From Nitrosopumilus sp. (GTDB lineage: Archaea > Thermoproteota > Nitrososphaeria > Nitrososphaerales > Nitrosopumilaceae), in assembly GCA_963662625.1 (NCBI GenBank), contig OY759726.1:1600001-1664000 (forward strand): a stretch of 64,000 nucleotides of DNA. Reading direction: 5' to 3'. Made by a program: the position numbers and the translations under genes. Below are positions 29,600 to 39,199 of this stretch, in pieces. Within the stretch, counting starts at the first letter, position 1. Every line of letters begins with the position of its first letter. Below the pieces are notes generated by a model that did no database searches, had not been told where the DNA came from, and saw nothing but the letters and a program-made list of their open reading frames with translations.

Positions 29600-32434
29600 A
29601 TGATGAGGGCGAATCACGTGATGCTGGCAGTGGCATTTGCGGCGATCTCTGTCCTTTTTGGGTTAGGCATTGCAGACCATGCGTACCTTTATGCTGCCAT
29701 CACGGTAACCGGGTATACTGGACATGGAATTGCTGTAGGTGCCTCCGATGCGACGCCATTGCCTGCAGAGCAACTGGCAACGTCTCATCCGATTCCGGGC
29801 CTGGTACCCGCTGCGTACGCACAGGCAAACGCGCCCGGTTTTGCGTTGGATGCTGCAAATCCCGGCCCGGCCGGGTTCACCTTTGCCAACGGCAAGTTCT
29901 GGGTGGCTGACCTAACATCCGATCGGGTCTACGCCTACGGCCCCGACGGAACCCACGACCCGTCATCGGGCTTCGCGCTGGCCGCCCCCAACAGCAACGC
30001 GGCCGGGATCGACTTTGCCGACGGCAAGTTCTGGGTGGTGGATCTGATTGGCAAGCACGTCTTAGGCTACGGCACCGACGGCACCCCAGACCCGTCCTCC
30101 GGGTTCGAGCTGGATCCGGCCAACGCCGACCCGCGCGGGATCGCCTTTGCCAACGGCAAGTTCTGGGTCACGGACCTGGCAGCCGGCATGATCTACGCCT
30201 ATAACGCCGACGGCACCCCCGACCCGTCCTCCGGGTTCGCGCTGGATCCGGCCAACGCCGACCCGCATGGGCTCGCCTTTGCCGACGGCAAGTTCTGGGT
30301 GGCGGACCTGGCAGCCGACCGGGTCTACGCCTACAACGCCGACGGCACCCACGACCCGTCATCTGGATTTACGCTCGGCCCCGCCAACTCTCAACCCACA
30401 GACATCACCTTTGCCAACGGCAAGTTCTGGGTCACGGACCGGGCAGCCGACCGGGTCTACGCCTACAACGCCGACGGCACCCACGACCCGTCATTTGGCT
30501 TTACGCTCGGCCCCGCCAACTCTCAACCCACAGACATCGCCTTTGCCAACGGCAAGTTCTGGGTGGCTGATATAACATCCGACCGGGTCTACGCCTACGG
30601 CCCCAACGGCACCCACGACCCGTCCTCGGGCTTCGCGCTGGCCGCCCCCAACGCCAACGCGGCCGGGATCGCCTTTGCCGACGGCAAGTTCTGGGTGGCG
30701 GACGGCGCCGCCGGCGCCACCTTCGCTTACGGCACGGATGGCGCGCCAGACCCGCAGTCCGGGTTCGCGCTCGACCCGGCCAACGCCGACCCGCGCGGGA
30801 TTGTGGCTGCCAACGGCAAGTTCTGGGTGGCGGACGGCGCCGCCGGCGCCACCTTCGCTTACGGCACGGATGGCGCGCCAGACCCGCAGTCCGGGTTCGC
30901 GCTCGACCCGGCCAACGCCGACCCGCGCGGGATTGTGGCTGCCAACGGCAAGTTCTGGGTGGCGGACGGCGCCGCCGGCGCCACCTTCGCTTACGGCACG
31001 GATGGCGCGCCAGACCCGCAGTCCGGGTTCGCGCTCGACCCGGCCAACGCCGACCCGCGCGGGATCGCCTTTGCCAACGGCAAGCTGTGGACTGCGGACA
31101 GCTCCAACAAAAGGTTCTACACCTACGCGCCGTCTGCAACGCCGGATCACGCCACATGGCTCGCGCTGGATCCGGCCAACGCCGACCCGCGCGGTGTAAC
31201 CTTTGCCAACGGCAAGTTCTGGGTCACGGACCTGGTAGACGGCATGATCTACGCCTACAACGCCGACGGCACCTTCGACCCGTCATCCGGGTTCGCGCTG
31301 GATCCGGCCAGCGCCACCCCGATTGGACTCACATTTGCCAACGGCAAGCTCTGGGTGGTGGATTCGGTAAACTACCACGTTTACGCCTATAACTCCGACG
31401 GCACCCACGACCCGTCCTCGGGCTTTGCGCTCTCCACCGCCACCCACCGTCCTGTAGACATCACCTTTGCCAACGGCAAGTTCTGGGTGGTGGACGTGGG
31501 AGGTGATTACGTTTACGCCTACGGCCCTGACGGCACCCCCGACCCGTCCTCGGGCTTCGCGACACCCGTGGCCAAGAACGCTCCCTTCGGGATCGCCTTT
31601 GCCCACGACAAGCTCTGGATCATGGATCTGAGGGCCAAGCATGTCACGGGCTACGCTACCGACGGCACGCCGGACGCGTCCCCGCAGTTCAATCTGTACC
31701 CGGAGAACAACGAGCCGCGCGGGATCGCCTTTGCCAACGGCAAGCTCTGGGTGGTCGACCAGCACGACGACGTCCTGTACTCGTACGGCGGGTCGGCCGG
31801 CGGGACGGCCTTCATCGACACGGACGGCGATGGCGTGATGGATCCCGGCGAGCCGGGCGCCGGGGGGTACACGATGTACGCGATAGACCTTGCCGCCCCG
31901 CAGGTGGTCGTGGAGACGACCACGGACTTTGACGGGACGTACACGTTCAACGGCCTCAACACGTCCGGCACGACGCTGGTCCAGGCCGCCCACTACCCGT
32001 CCGGCCACGCCGTCTCCACCGGGCAGTTCTTCTCGTACGTGAGCCCTGCATTGGGGGACACGGCCGAGTTTAACGTCGGGTTCTACCCGGTGCGGCAGCC
32101 GGATCTCGTCACGCTCAACGTCACCGCGTACGCCGACTCCAACGCCAACGGCGTGCGCGACGCGGGCGAGCCGACGATACCTGGCGTGACGGTAACCGTG
32201 TACACGTACACCACCGGCGAGATGGAATCCGTGGCCACCGGGCAGGGCGGCACGGCAAGCAATGCAGGCATCGCCCCGGCGGACTTCCTGGCGCAGGTGG
32301 TGGTGCCGCAGGGATACGCCATGGCCACGTCGCCCGTGGACCCGGAGTCCGGGGTGGCGGGCGCGCTCACAGTGATCGGCCCCCCGGCCGGCTCCAGCGT
32401 CTCCATGGTGGTGGGCCTGGTTCCTGCCCCATGA
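29600..32434 (+). CDS. Secreted beta-propeller (NHL/YVTN-like, 15 x 44-aa blades) with SdrD-B-like C-terminal domains
   Basis: Repeats PxGIAFANGKFWVxD...VYAY..DGT.DPSSGFAL; signal peptide; ATG at 29600 about 25 bp after TTAATA. Confidence 0.9.
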   Translation: MMRANHVMLAVAFAAISVLFGLGIADHAYLYAAITVTGYTGHGIAVGASDATPLPAEQLATSHPIPGLVPAAYAQANAPGFALDAANPGPAGFTFANGKFWVADLTSDRVYAYGPDGTHDPSSGFALAAPNSNAAGIDFADGKFWVVDLIGKHVLGYGTDGTPDPSSGFELDPANADPRGIAFANGKFWVTDLAAGMIYAYNADGTPDPSSGFALDPANADPHGLAFADGKFWVADLAADRVYAYNADGTHDPSSGFTLGPANSQPTDITFANGKFWVTDRAADRVYAYNADGTHDPSFGFTLGPANSQPTDIAFANGKFWVADITSDRVYAYGPNGTHDPSSGFALAAPNANAAGIAFADGKFWVADGAAGATFAYGTDGAPDPQSGFALDPANADPRGIVAANGKFWVADGAAGATFAYGTDGAPDPQSGFALDPANADPRGIVAANGKFWVADGAAGATFAYGTDGAPDPQSGFALDPANADPRGIAFANGKLWTADSSNKRFYTYAPSATPDHATWLALDPANADPRGVTFANGKFWVTDLVDGMIYAYNADGTFDPSSGFALDPASATPIGLTFANGKLWVVDSVNYHVYAYNSDGTHDPSSGFALSTATHRPVDITFANGKFWVVDVGGDYVYAYGPDGTPDPSSGFATPVAKNAPFGIAFAHDKLWIMDLRAKHVTGYATDGTPDASPQFNLYPENNEPRGIAFANGKLWVVDQHDDVLYSYGGSAGGTAFIDTDGDGVMDPGEPGAGGYTMYAIDLAAPQVVVETTTDFDGTYTFNGLNTSGTTLVQAAHYPSGHAVSTGQFFSYVSPALGDTAEFNVGFYPVRQPDLVTLNVTAYADSNANGVRDAGEPTIPGVTVTVYTYTTGEMESVATGQGGTASNAGIAPADFLAQVVVPQGYAMATSPVDPESGVAGALTVIGPPAGSSVSMVVGLVPAP

Positions 32435-32532
32435 CCGCGGACCTGGCCCGCATGCCCGGCGCATGAACGCGTTCCTCCCGCGCGCAGGCAGGCGCGCCAC
32501 TCCGGTCCTGGGATGGCGGCGAGCGGCCCCGC
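32107..32532. repeat. 426-bp direct repeat, copy 2
   Basis: Identical to 28722-29147 (offset 3385). Confidence 0.9.
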
Positions 32533-33001
32533 GCACGGTCCCGGCAGCTGGAAACCCGCCGCCCGCCACGCTCCTGGCCGGACCATGCCCGACCGCCCCC
32601 GCGGCCATCCTCCCCACGCATCCGGCATGGCCGCCGGCCGGACCGTGGCGGTGCAGCGCCCCCCGTGCCGCCCGGCGGACCATGCGCCGGCACCATCAAC
32701 GGGCCGTACGTCCCGGGCGACATTCCGGACGCCCCGCCCCCTTGGGTCGGCTCCCCGGCGCCGGGCCAAGAATGCCGGCAGGCGCCCAGCCGTGCAGCGT
32801 TCCGGATCGACGTGCCCGGCCGCGGCACGCGGTGGCGGTGTCAAACGCTGGGCCATCTTGACTGCCCCGGCCTCCCCGCTGCCAAGCATGGCCCGGATCG
32901 GTTCCTGCGCCCACCCATTGCAGTCGTGCAGGAAACACAGCGCGCCGTGCCTGATCCGATTTTAATCACGGCTGCCGCGCCCGCGCCGCCCCCCCGCCGG
33001 C

Positions 33002-34816
33002 TCAGCTCAGCCTGGGCACGAAGATGTAGATTATGGCGATTATCTCGAGCCTGCCGAAGATCATCAGGAAGCCCAGGACCACCTTCGTGGCCGGATCCGT
33101 GTCGAAGTCGATGACCCCGGCGGACAGCCCCCCTGTGGTGATCACGCCCACGGACTCGAAGAACGCGTCCTCGTAGCCCACGCCCTCAGAGGCGGCCAGG
33201 TGCCCGGCGGCGGCCAGCGCGATCGCCGGGAACAGCCCTATGATCAGCCCCGTGGACACGGCCTCCTTCCTGGCCTGCGCGGACATGGCCCTCCTGGACG
33301 CCCGCCGCAGCAGCCTCCCGCAGTCCTTCAGGTGGAACAGCCTGAACACCTTGAACCCGCCGGCCGTCGAGAAGCCGCACCCGCCGACGAACATCAGGAC
33401 CACCAGGATCGCGTGCGAGGCCGAGTTGAGCCCCGCCATGCTCTCGTACTGGAGCCCGGCGGTGGTCCCGGCCGACACCGTGTAGAACGCCCCCTCGAAC
33501 AGATCCAGCCCGCTGACCCACATGAACAGCAGGGTGGCCCCGGCCAGGATGGAAAAGTACGTCAGGACCTCCTTCCCGAGCTTCGGCGATAGGAACTTCT
33601 TCCTGACGAACGCGTAGTGGAACGTGAAGGGCAGGGCCCCCAGGATCATCGCGCTCATCAGGATGAGCTGCTCCTGCCACGCCATGCCGTCCAGGATCGT
33701 CGAGGACGGCAGGAACCCGCCGGTGGCGAGCGTGCTCATGGAGAGCGATATGTTGTCGATCATGTTGTCCTTGCCGAAGAAGAACAGCAGGCCCGCCACG
33801 ATCATTATGTACAGGATGAAGATCACGGTGATCGTCCCGAACAGCTCCCTCATGTGGAGCGTCCTGCCGGATATGAATCCCCTCATCGACTGCAGCTTGG
33901 ACTCGGGGTAGAACGCGGTGATCACCAGGTAGATGAAGCTCATCCCCCCGACCAGCTGCGTGAAGCTGCGGTAGAACGTGAAGCTCTGCGGCAGGTTCTC
34001 CGGCTCGTCGAACAGCGAGATCCCGCCCGTGGTGAACCCGGCGGCGCTGGAGAAGAACGCGTTTGCGAACACCTCGATCCCGGTGGCCTCCACGGGGGCC
34101 ACGTACAGGTACGGCACGGTGCCGAACAGGGAGAGCAGGAACAGGCTGGCGAACACCAGCACCGAGGCCTGCTGCAGGTTGAGGCTGGCCTTCTCGCCGT
34201 AAGAGTTGAGGAAGAACCCAGTCACCAGCAGCAGCACGGTGGTGAGGTAGATCCCGGTGGCCGTCACCGTCTCCCCCAGTATGGTCGACAGGATCGCCGG
34301 CGCCAGCAGCAGCACCCCGGCAAACTGGAGCACGAACCCCAGGTTCCCCAGTATGGCCTTCACCGGGGGGCTGAGCAGCCTGGGCGGGGTGGCCGTGGCG
34401 TCCCTGATCACGTTGGCTATGGTCACCTGCAGGATTATGCCGGCCACCATGCCGCCCTTGGAGAGGACTGGCAGCTTCCTGATGCTGTGGTCCCGCATTA
34501 TGTGCAGCGCCTCCTGCAGGGTGGCGTTCTCGTGGATGGTGATCAGCGGGGCGCTCATCACGTCCTTGAGCACGGTGGCCTCGGCGTACACCGTGACGTC
34601 GCTCACCTTGCTGAGGATGTCCTGGTCGGTCACGATCCCTATGGGCCTGTCGCCGCCGTCCGTGACCACTATGTCGTCGGTCTCGTACCTCTGCAGCATC
34701 CTGGCTGCCACCCTGGTCAGCGTGTTCTGCTCCAGCATCAGGACGTCCTTGTCCATGTAGGTCGAGACCTGCTTTGAGAGGACGTACGATACCGATCTCC
34801 CTGGGTTGGTGGACAT
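33002..34816 (-). CDS. trkH: CBS-pair + TrkH/TrkG-type potassium channel fusion
   Basis: N-terminal GIVTDQDI and IRKLPV CBS pair; pore loops FTTGG, LATGG, GTTAG, ITTGG; GRLEI. Confidence 0.88.
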   Translation of the reverse strand: MSTNPGRSVSYVLSKQVSTYMDKDVLMLEQNTLTRVAARMLQRYETDDIVVTDGGDRPIGIVTDQDILSKVSDVTVYAEATVLKDVMSAPLITIHENATLQEALHIMRDHSIRKLPVLSKGGMVAGIILQVTIANVIRDATATPPRLLSPPVKAILGNLGFVLQFAGVLLLAPAILSTILGETVTATGIYLTTVLLLVTGFFLNSYGEKASLNLQQASVLVFASLFLLSLFGTVPYLYVAPVEATGIEVFANAFFSSAAGFTTGGISLFDEPENLPQSFTFYRSFTQLVGGMSFIYLVITAFYPESKLQSMRGFISGRTLHMRELFGTITVIFILYIMIVAGLLFFFGKDNMIDNISLSMSTLATGGFLPSSTILDGMAWQEQLILMSAMILGALPFTFHYAFVRKKFLSPKLGKEVLTYFSILAGATLLFMWVSGLDLFEGAFYTVSAGTTAGLQYESMAGLNSASHAILVVLMFVGGCGFSTAGGFKVFRLFHLKDCGRLLRRASRRAMSAQARKEAVSTGLIIGLFPAIALAAAGHLAASEGVGYEDAFFESVGVITTGGLSAGVIDFDTDPATKVVLGFLMIFGRLEIIAIIYIFVPRLS

Positions 34817-35028
34817 TGGGCGCTCACTCTTCTGCCCAACACGAACAATTTAGGGTTATGCACGGGGCCATTCCCGGGGCGGTACAAGTTCAGGCCCGCC
34901 CCGGGTTCGTGCCTGGCCGGAGAATGCCTGCACTGATTTCGTACCTGCCGTATGCTTGGACCTGAGCATGTGCCCGGGGCGGCTTGGTATGTTTATAAGC
35001 GCTGGGCGCGGGGATCGTGCGTAGCCGC

Positions 35029-35454
35029 ATGGAGATCAACCAGGACCAGGATCCAGACTACGAGTCGGTACGGATCGGGTACGTCGGGTCTGTAGACCCC
35101 TACAACGTGCAGGGGTTGCTCGTCCTAAAGTCCGACGACGGGAGGGAGTTCCACATGACCGCGTTCTCGGGCGAGGTCGCCAACCTCATAGCCGTCTTCC
35201 TGAAGGACGGGAGGGAGGCGGTGCCGTCCGTCTACAAGATGATCGAGGAGATCTGCGAGGAGAACGAGCTCGTCCTGGTGAAGATCAAGATATACGACAG
35301 CGGCGAGGTGTTGCGGGCCAACCTCTACCTCACGGGCAAGAAGGACCTTGTCCTGAGGAACTACCGCGCCTCAGACGCGCTGGCGCTCGGCGCGTTCTAC
35401 AACATACCGATACTGGTGAGGAAGAGCCTGCTGAAGGAGCCCCTGGAGGCGTAG
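35029..35454 (+). CDS. Bifunctional nuclease (DUF151) family protein
   Basis: RASDALAL...IPILV motif. Confidence 0.8.
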   Translation: MEINQDQDPDYESVRIGYVGSVDPYNVQGLLVLKSDDGREFHMTAFSGEVANLIAVFLKDGREAVPSVYKMIEEICEENELVLVKIKIYDSGEVLRANLYLTGKKDLVLRNYRASDALALGAFYNIPILVRKSLLKEPLEA

Positions 35455-35483
35455 GCGCGGGCCGCCTCGGCGGCGCGCCCGCG

Positions 35484-36575
35484 TCACGTGGTGACCTCAC
35501 CGAGCCTGCCCTCGTCGCGCGCGCGCCTTATCTCCATGGCTATCCTCCTGCCCACGCCGAACGTCTGCCCGTACTGGTACTTCGTGTACGGGCTGGTGGT
35601 GGCCACGATCGGGTTGCCGGGCACGCGCAGCGAGACGTCGTACACCACCAGCTCGAGGTCCTTGGTGATCACGCTCTGGAGCGAGAAGGGCCCTATGATC
35701 CCAGGCGGGTACTCCTTCCTGACCGCCTCCACGAACTTGTCGCCCATAGCCATCACCTTCTCGAGCAGCGACTCCCTCACGCTGGCGGGGGTGTGCCCCA
35801 CCTCAATGTTCTGCAGGTCCACGTCCGTGTCGAGCTGCTGCCTGGCCGGGAGCGCGTTGAAGTCGTGCAGGTTGGTCTGCAGCCGCCTCTCTATGCCCAC
35901 AAAGTCCACCTGGTCCGATATGGGCGTGTGGAAGAAGTTGAAGTTCATGTACGTCCCGATCGCCAGCTCCTCGATGCTCGACCTCTCCAGGTCCTCCCTG
36001 GATATGAGGCCCTGCCTTATCCTGGCCTCTGACTTTTCCTCGTAGTCGGCCGGCGAGGACACCGTGAAGAACGCCCTCTCCAGCGGCCTGTCCCTCTCCT
36101 GGACCTTGACGATGCACGGCGCGTCGATCTCCCCGGGATCCGCGAACAGCCTGGGGAACTTGATCCCGGCCTTCCCCAGCAGGTGGTACTGGTTCCTCTC
36201 CGCGTCCCTCTCCTCTGCGCGGAAGAGCCCCCTGTTGCCGAATATGGGAACCCTGAACTCGTCCTCGAGCACGCCGTACCCCAGGTAGACGGTAAGCGAC
36301 CTGTGCGGCACGACTATGGTCCCGCTCTCCCGGAGCCTCTCCTGCATCCCTGCGGACGCCATGTCCCCGAACCGGTCTAGGACCACGACCTCGTCGGCGA
36401 TCCTTCCGAACCGCCTGTACGGCGTCTCCCTGCCCCTCTGGCAGTAGACCGTGGTCTGAAACCCCTCGTCCTTGGCGCCGTCCATCACCTCGAGCGCCGA
36501 GTGGCTACCGAGCACGCCTATCCGGACGTCCCGGTACCCGCCCACGATCTCGCCTATCTCGTCCCTGCCGATCAC
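35484..36575 (-). CDS. purP: FAICAR synthetase (formate-AICAR ligase) family
   Basis: GSHSALE..DGAKDEGF, FGNR, ERAFF, GHTP, GPFSLQ, GRRIAMEI. Confidence 0.92.
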   Translation of the reverse strand: MIGRDEIGEIVGGYRDVRIGVLGSHSALEVMDGAKDEGFQTTVYCQRGRETPYRRFGRIADEVVVLDRFGDMASAGMQERLRESGTIVVPHRSLTVYLGYGVLEDEFRVPIFGNRGLFRAEERDAERNQYHLLGKAGIKFPRLFADPGEIDAPCIVKVQERDRPLERAFFTVSSPADYEEKSEARIRQGLISREDLERSSIEELAIGTYMNFNFFHTPISDQVDFVGIERRLQTNLHDFNALPARQQLDTDVDLQNIEVGHTPASVRESLLEKVMAMGDKFVEAVRKEYPPGIIGPFSLQSVITKDLELVVYDVSLRVPGNPIVATTSPYTKYQYGQTFGVGRRIAMEIRRARDEGRLGEVTT

Positions 36576-36606
36576 GACATGGTATGCCGCGCCGGTTCTA
36601 ATATAG

Positions 36607-38205
36607 CTAGTTTTTCCGGCGCGGCAGCTGCCGGAGGGCGCCTTCCCAGAACCCAAGCATCCTGGCGCCTCGCCCGGTCAGTTTCCGGAACTCCTGGGTG
36701 CCTGCGACGTTCCCGAACAACACCCCGGATCTGTCCTTGGCCATTTTCCTGAATTCCGGATCCAACGCGATGGCCCCTTCCAGGCAGTCGAGGCATTCCT
36801 GGATCGAGCCTTTCATTGCATGAACGGCCGATTTGCAGAATAGCGCATAGCCGTGGCCGGGGTTGGCCTGCAGCACCTTGTCGAGGCAGCTCATGGCGCC
36901 GTCACAATCGCCCAGAAATGTGCGGGCCACGCCTAGGCCGGACAGCACCATGCCCAGATCAGGTTTTAGCTCCAGGCTTTTTTCCAAATAAAATACGGCT
37001 TCCTTATACGCGCCTTTCTTGGATAGAATTGAGCCTATTCCGTTCCAGCTTTCTGCATGCTCGGGGTTGATCTCCAGGCTTTTTTCGTAAAGCTTGATCA
37101 CCTCGTCGTCAGGGATCTCGCTTTCACGATCAAGTTGGCCGACGAGGGCCTTGTGGCAATGCCCTTCAAAGTCACCCGGTTCCAGCCGGACGTATCTGTC
37201 GCAGCACTCGGCCGCTGTCCGGTAGTCGCGTTCTTTGAATGCGATGGCTCCCAGCATGTCGTAGCAGGCGCTGTCGTTCGGATCCTTTTCGAGTATTCTT
37301 TTTAGTGTTTTCACCGCCTCGTTATCCTTGCCCATGCCGCTCAGGCAAGCTGCTTTGGTCAACAGGGCGCCGGCGTTGTACTCTTCTTTGCAGAGTATTC
37401 TTTCACAGATCTCCATTCCTTCTGCATAGCGCTTCTTGGCTGCTACCATGCATGCGTAACGGAGTAGTGCCTTCACTGAGCCGGGGTTTGCTGTGAGGTA
37501 TTTTTTTGACCATGCCAGCCCCTCGTCATACCGCTTCAACCTGTAATACGAGTATGCGATGCTGTCCATGGCCCCTGTGGCGTTCTTGTCAATTTTGATA
37601 AGGCGTTGGAACTCATTTGCCGCCTTCACGTGCTTGGAGCCGTATTGAAGGATGGTGCCTTTTCGATATATGGTGCCTGGATCGTTGCTGTTTGCGAAGG
37701 TGGCTTCAGCATCGGCCAAGCACGACTCTACTTTGGTCAGCTCCTCTCCTGAGTTGTCATAGTGGACCAGGTTGCGTGTCTTTTCTACGGTGAATTCTAA
37801 GCTGTTGCCGGGACTATTGCGTATGGCCAAACCCGTGATTGACTTCCACATGCCCGGCCACTGGCTTGCGGAGCCTGCGTATTCGTGCCTGGCATCGGCG
37901 GCTCCGTCATTGCGTCGCCATCGTGAATCAAGCTCGTCCCAGACTTTTTCCTTTTCGGGGTAGATGTCAAAAGCCATCCACTTGGCAAGGATGGCTTTCA
38001 CGTCATCGTGTTTTTCTTTATTCCATAAACGCTCGATTATGGATTCCTCCTCGATCAGTTCCTCCAGCATGAAGCACAGCTGGTCGTCATTCATTGCGGT
38101 GTGGACCTTGAACCATTTCTGGATGGCTTCGGACAGCTTGTCATTTTTATCCATGGCCATGTCTACCGACATCCGGACGGATTTCAATGGCAGCACCAGT
38201 CCCAC
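36607..38205 (-). CDS. TPR-repeat protein; likely the C-terminal part of a frameshifted Fic-TPR fusion
   Basis: Multiple TPRs (ESWNGIGSIL..KGAYKEAV..LEKSLELKPD); visibly lower GC. Confidence 0.8.
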   Translation of the reverse strand: MGLVLPLKSVRMSVDMAMDKNDKLSEAIQKWFKVHTAMNDDQLCFMLEELIEEESIIERLWNKEKHDDVKAILAKWMAFDIYPEKEKVWDELDSRWRRNDGAADARHEYAGSASQWPGMWKSITGLAIRNSPGNSLEFTVEKTRNLVHYDNSGEELTKVESCLADAEATFANSNDPGTIYRKGTILQYGSKHVKAANEFQRLIKIDKNATGAMDSIAYSYYRLKRYDEGLAWSKKYLTANPGSVKALLRYACMVAAKKRYAEGMEICERILCKEEYNAGALLTKAACLSGMGKDNEAVKTLKRILEKDPNDSACYDMLGAIAFKERDYRTAAECCDRYVRLEPGDFEGHCHKALVGQLDRESEIPDDEVIKLYEKSLEINPEHAESWNGIGSILSKKGAYKEAVFYLEKSLELKPDLGMVLSGLGVARTFLGDCDGAMSCLDKVLQANPGHGYALFCKSAVHAMKGSIQECLDCLEGAIALDPEFRKMAKDRSGVLFGNVAGTQEFRKLTGRGARMLGFWEGALRQLPRRKN

Positions 38206-38473
38206 CCCCGTTGGCGTTAATCATAAGTTCGGCAAGCATCATCGCCATCCTCTTGTTTCCGTCGCTTAGGGGATGGATCTTTGTGACTGCCTCCATCAGG
38301 GCGGCCGCCTTTTGGTGCAGTTCCGGGTACTGCTCGTGCCCACAGGCCGCCATTTTTGGCTTTTCTAAGGCAAACCCCAACTGTCCTTTTTTCACAATCA
38401 CGACGTTCATGCTGTAACGCCTGTTCAGGTACCGGACGATGCGTTCGGCGTATCGCAAATCCGGATAAAACGT
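38147..38473 (-). pseudogene. Doc/Fic-family toxin domain (ACG at the expected start; frameshift at a G5 run ~38205-38209)
   Basis: YPELHQKAAALM...HPLSDGNKRMA Doc-type Fic motif. Confidence 0.8.
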
Positions 38474-38605
38474 TTAGATCTCTGCCAGCCGATCATAGAC
38501 CCTGGAGTGCCTGTCCAGCATTTTGTTGATGATTTCGTCCAGTTCCTCATCTGAATGCCTCTCCTTTTTGGCAGTAGCCTCTGGTTTGGCACCGGTTTTT
38601 TCCAT
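38474..38605 (-). CDS. 43-aa putative antitoxin
   Basis: MEKTG...ELDEIINKMLDRHSRVYDRLAEI; its stop abuts the Doc start. Confidence 0.65.
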   Translation of the reverse strand: MEKTGAKPEATAKKERHSDEELDEIINKMLDRHSRVYDRLAEI

Positions 38606-38824
38606 GACCGTGTTGCCCGATTTAACGTAAAAAAGATTACTGGAACGCTGTGCGGCAGGGGCGCCAGAATCGCCTAGCGCGCACTTTGCCGGTGGCGCCT
38701 CCCCGGGATCACGCGCACCCGCATCCGGGTGGAACGCGCCGGATCCCGCCGTGCCGCGTCCCCGGCAGGCCCTGTTCATGCCCGATCCGGCGCATGCCGG
38801 GACCTGCCCCATGCCCGTCTTTTG

Positions 38825-38931
38825 GAGCCTCGAGGCTTGGCCAGCAGGCGCGCTCTTCCACATACAACCTCCCGCTTTCCGAGAGGGACTCGACGAGCCT
38901 CGAGGCTTGGCCAGCAGGCGCGCTCTTCCAC
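38825..38931. repeat. Two 37-bp direct repeats with a 33-bp spacer
   Basis: GAGCCTCGAGGCTTGGCCAGCAGGCGCGCTCTTCCAC at 38825 and 38895. Confidence 0.85.
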
Positions 38932-38982
38932 CCCGACCGCGCCGCGCGCAAGATTTTTCTTGGGCTGGGTGCGACATGGGGC

Positions 38983-39141
38983 ATGCTGTACCACTTTGAG
39001 CTGCAGATGGCCGGGGCGATCCTGTTTGCCGCCATGCTGGTGGGGGGCATAACCCTGTGGATAAGGCGCAGGCGGGCCCAGCGCGAACTCGACGCGCGGG
39101 ACGGGCCAGGCGCGCCCGGCGACGATCCCAGTAACGCCTGA
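38983..39141 (+). CDS. Small single-TM protein
   Basis: MLYHFELQMAGAILFAAMLVGGITLWIRRRR. Confidence 0.5.
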   Translation: MLYHFELQMAGAILFAAMLVGGITLWIRRRRAQRELDARDGPGAPGDDPSNA

Positions 39142-39199
39142 TGCCAACGGCGCCAGCGGCTCCGTGCAATAGATAAAGCACCGTGACTGTACACGTAGT

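Noticed and set aside
28722-32532. Diversity-generating retroelement TR/VR pair
   Set aside because: The copies are identical with no adenine-specific mismatches, and there is no reverse transcriptase in the window.
32533-32960. IS6-like transposase remnant
   Set aside because: GC-eroded sequence with no recognisable termini or intact catalytic motif.
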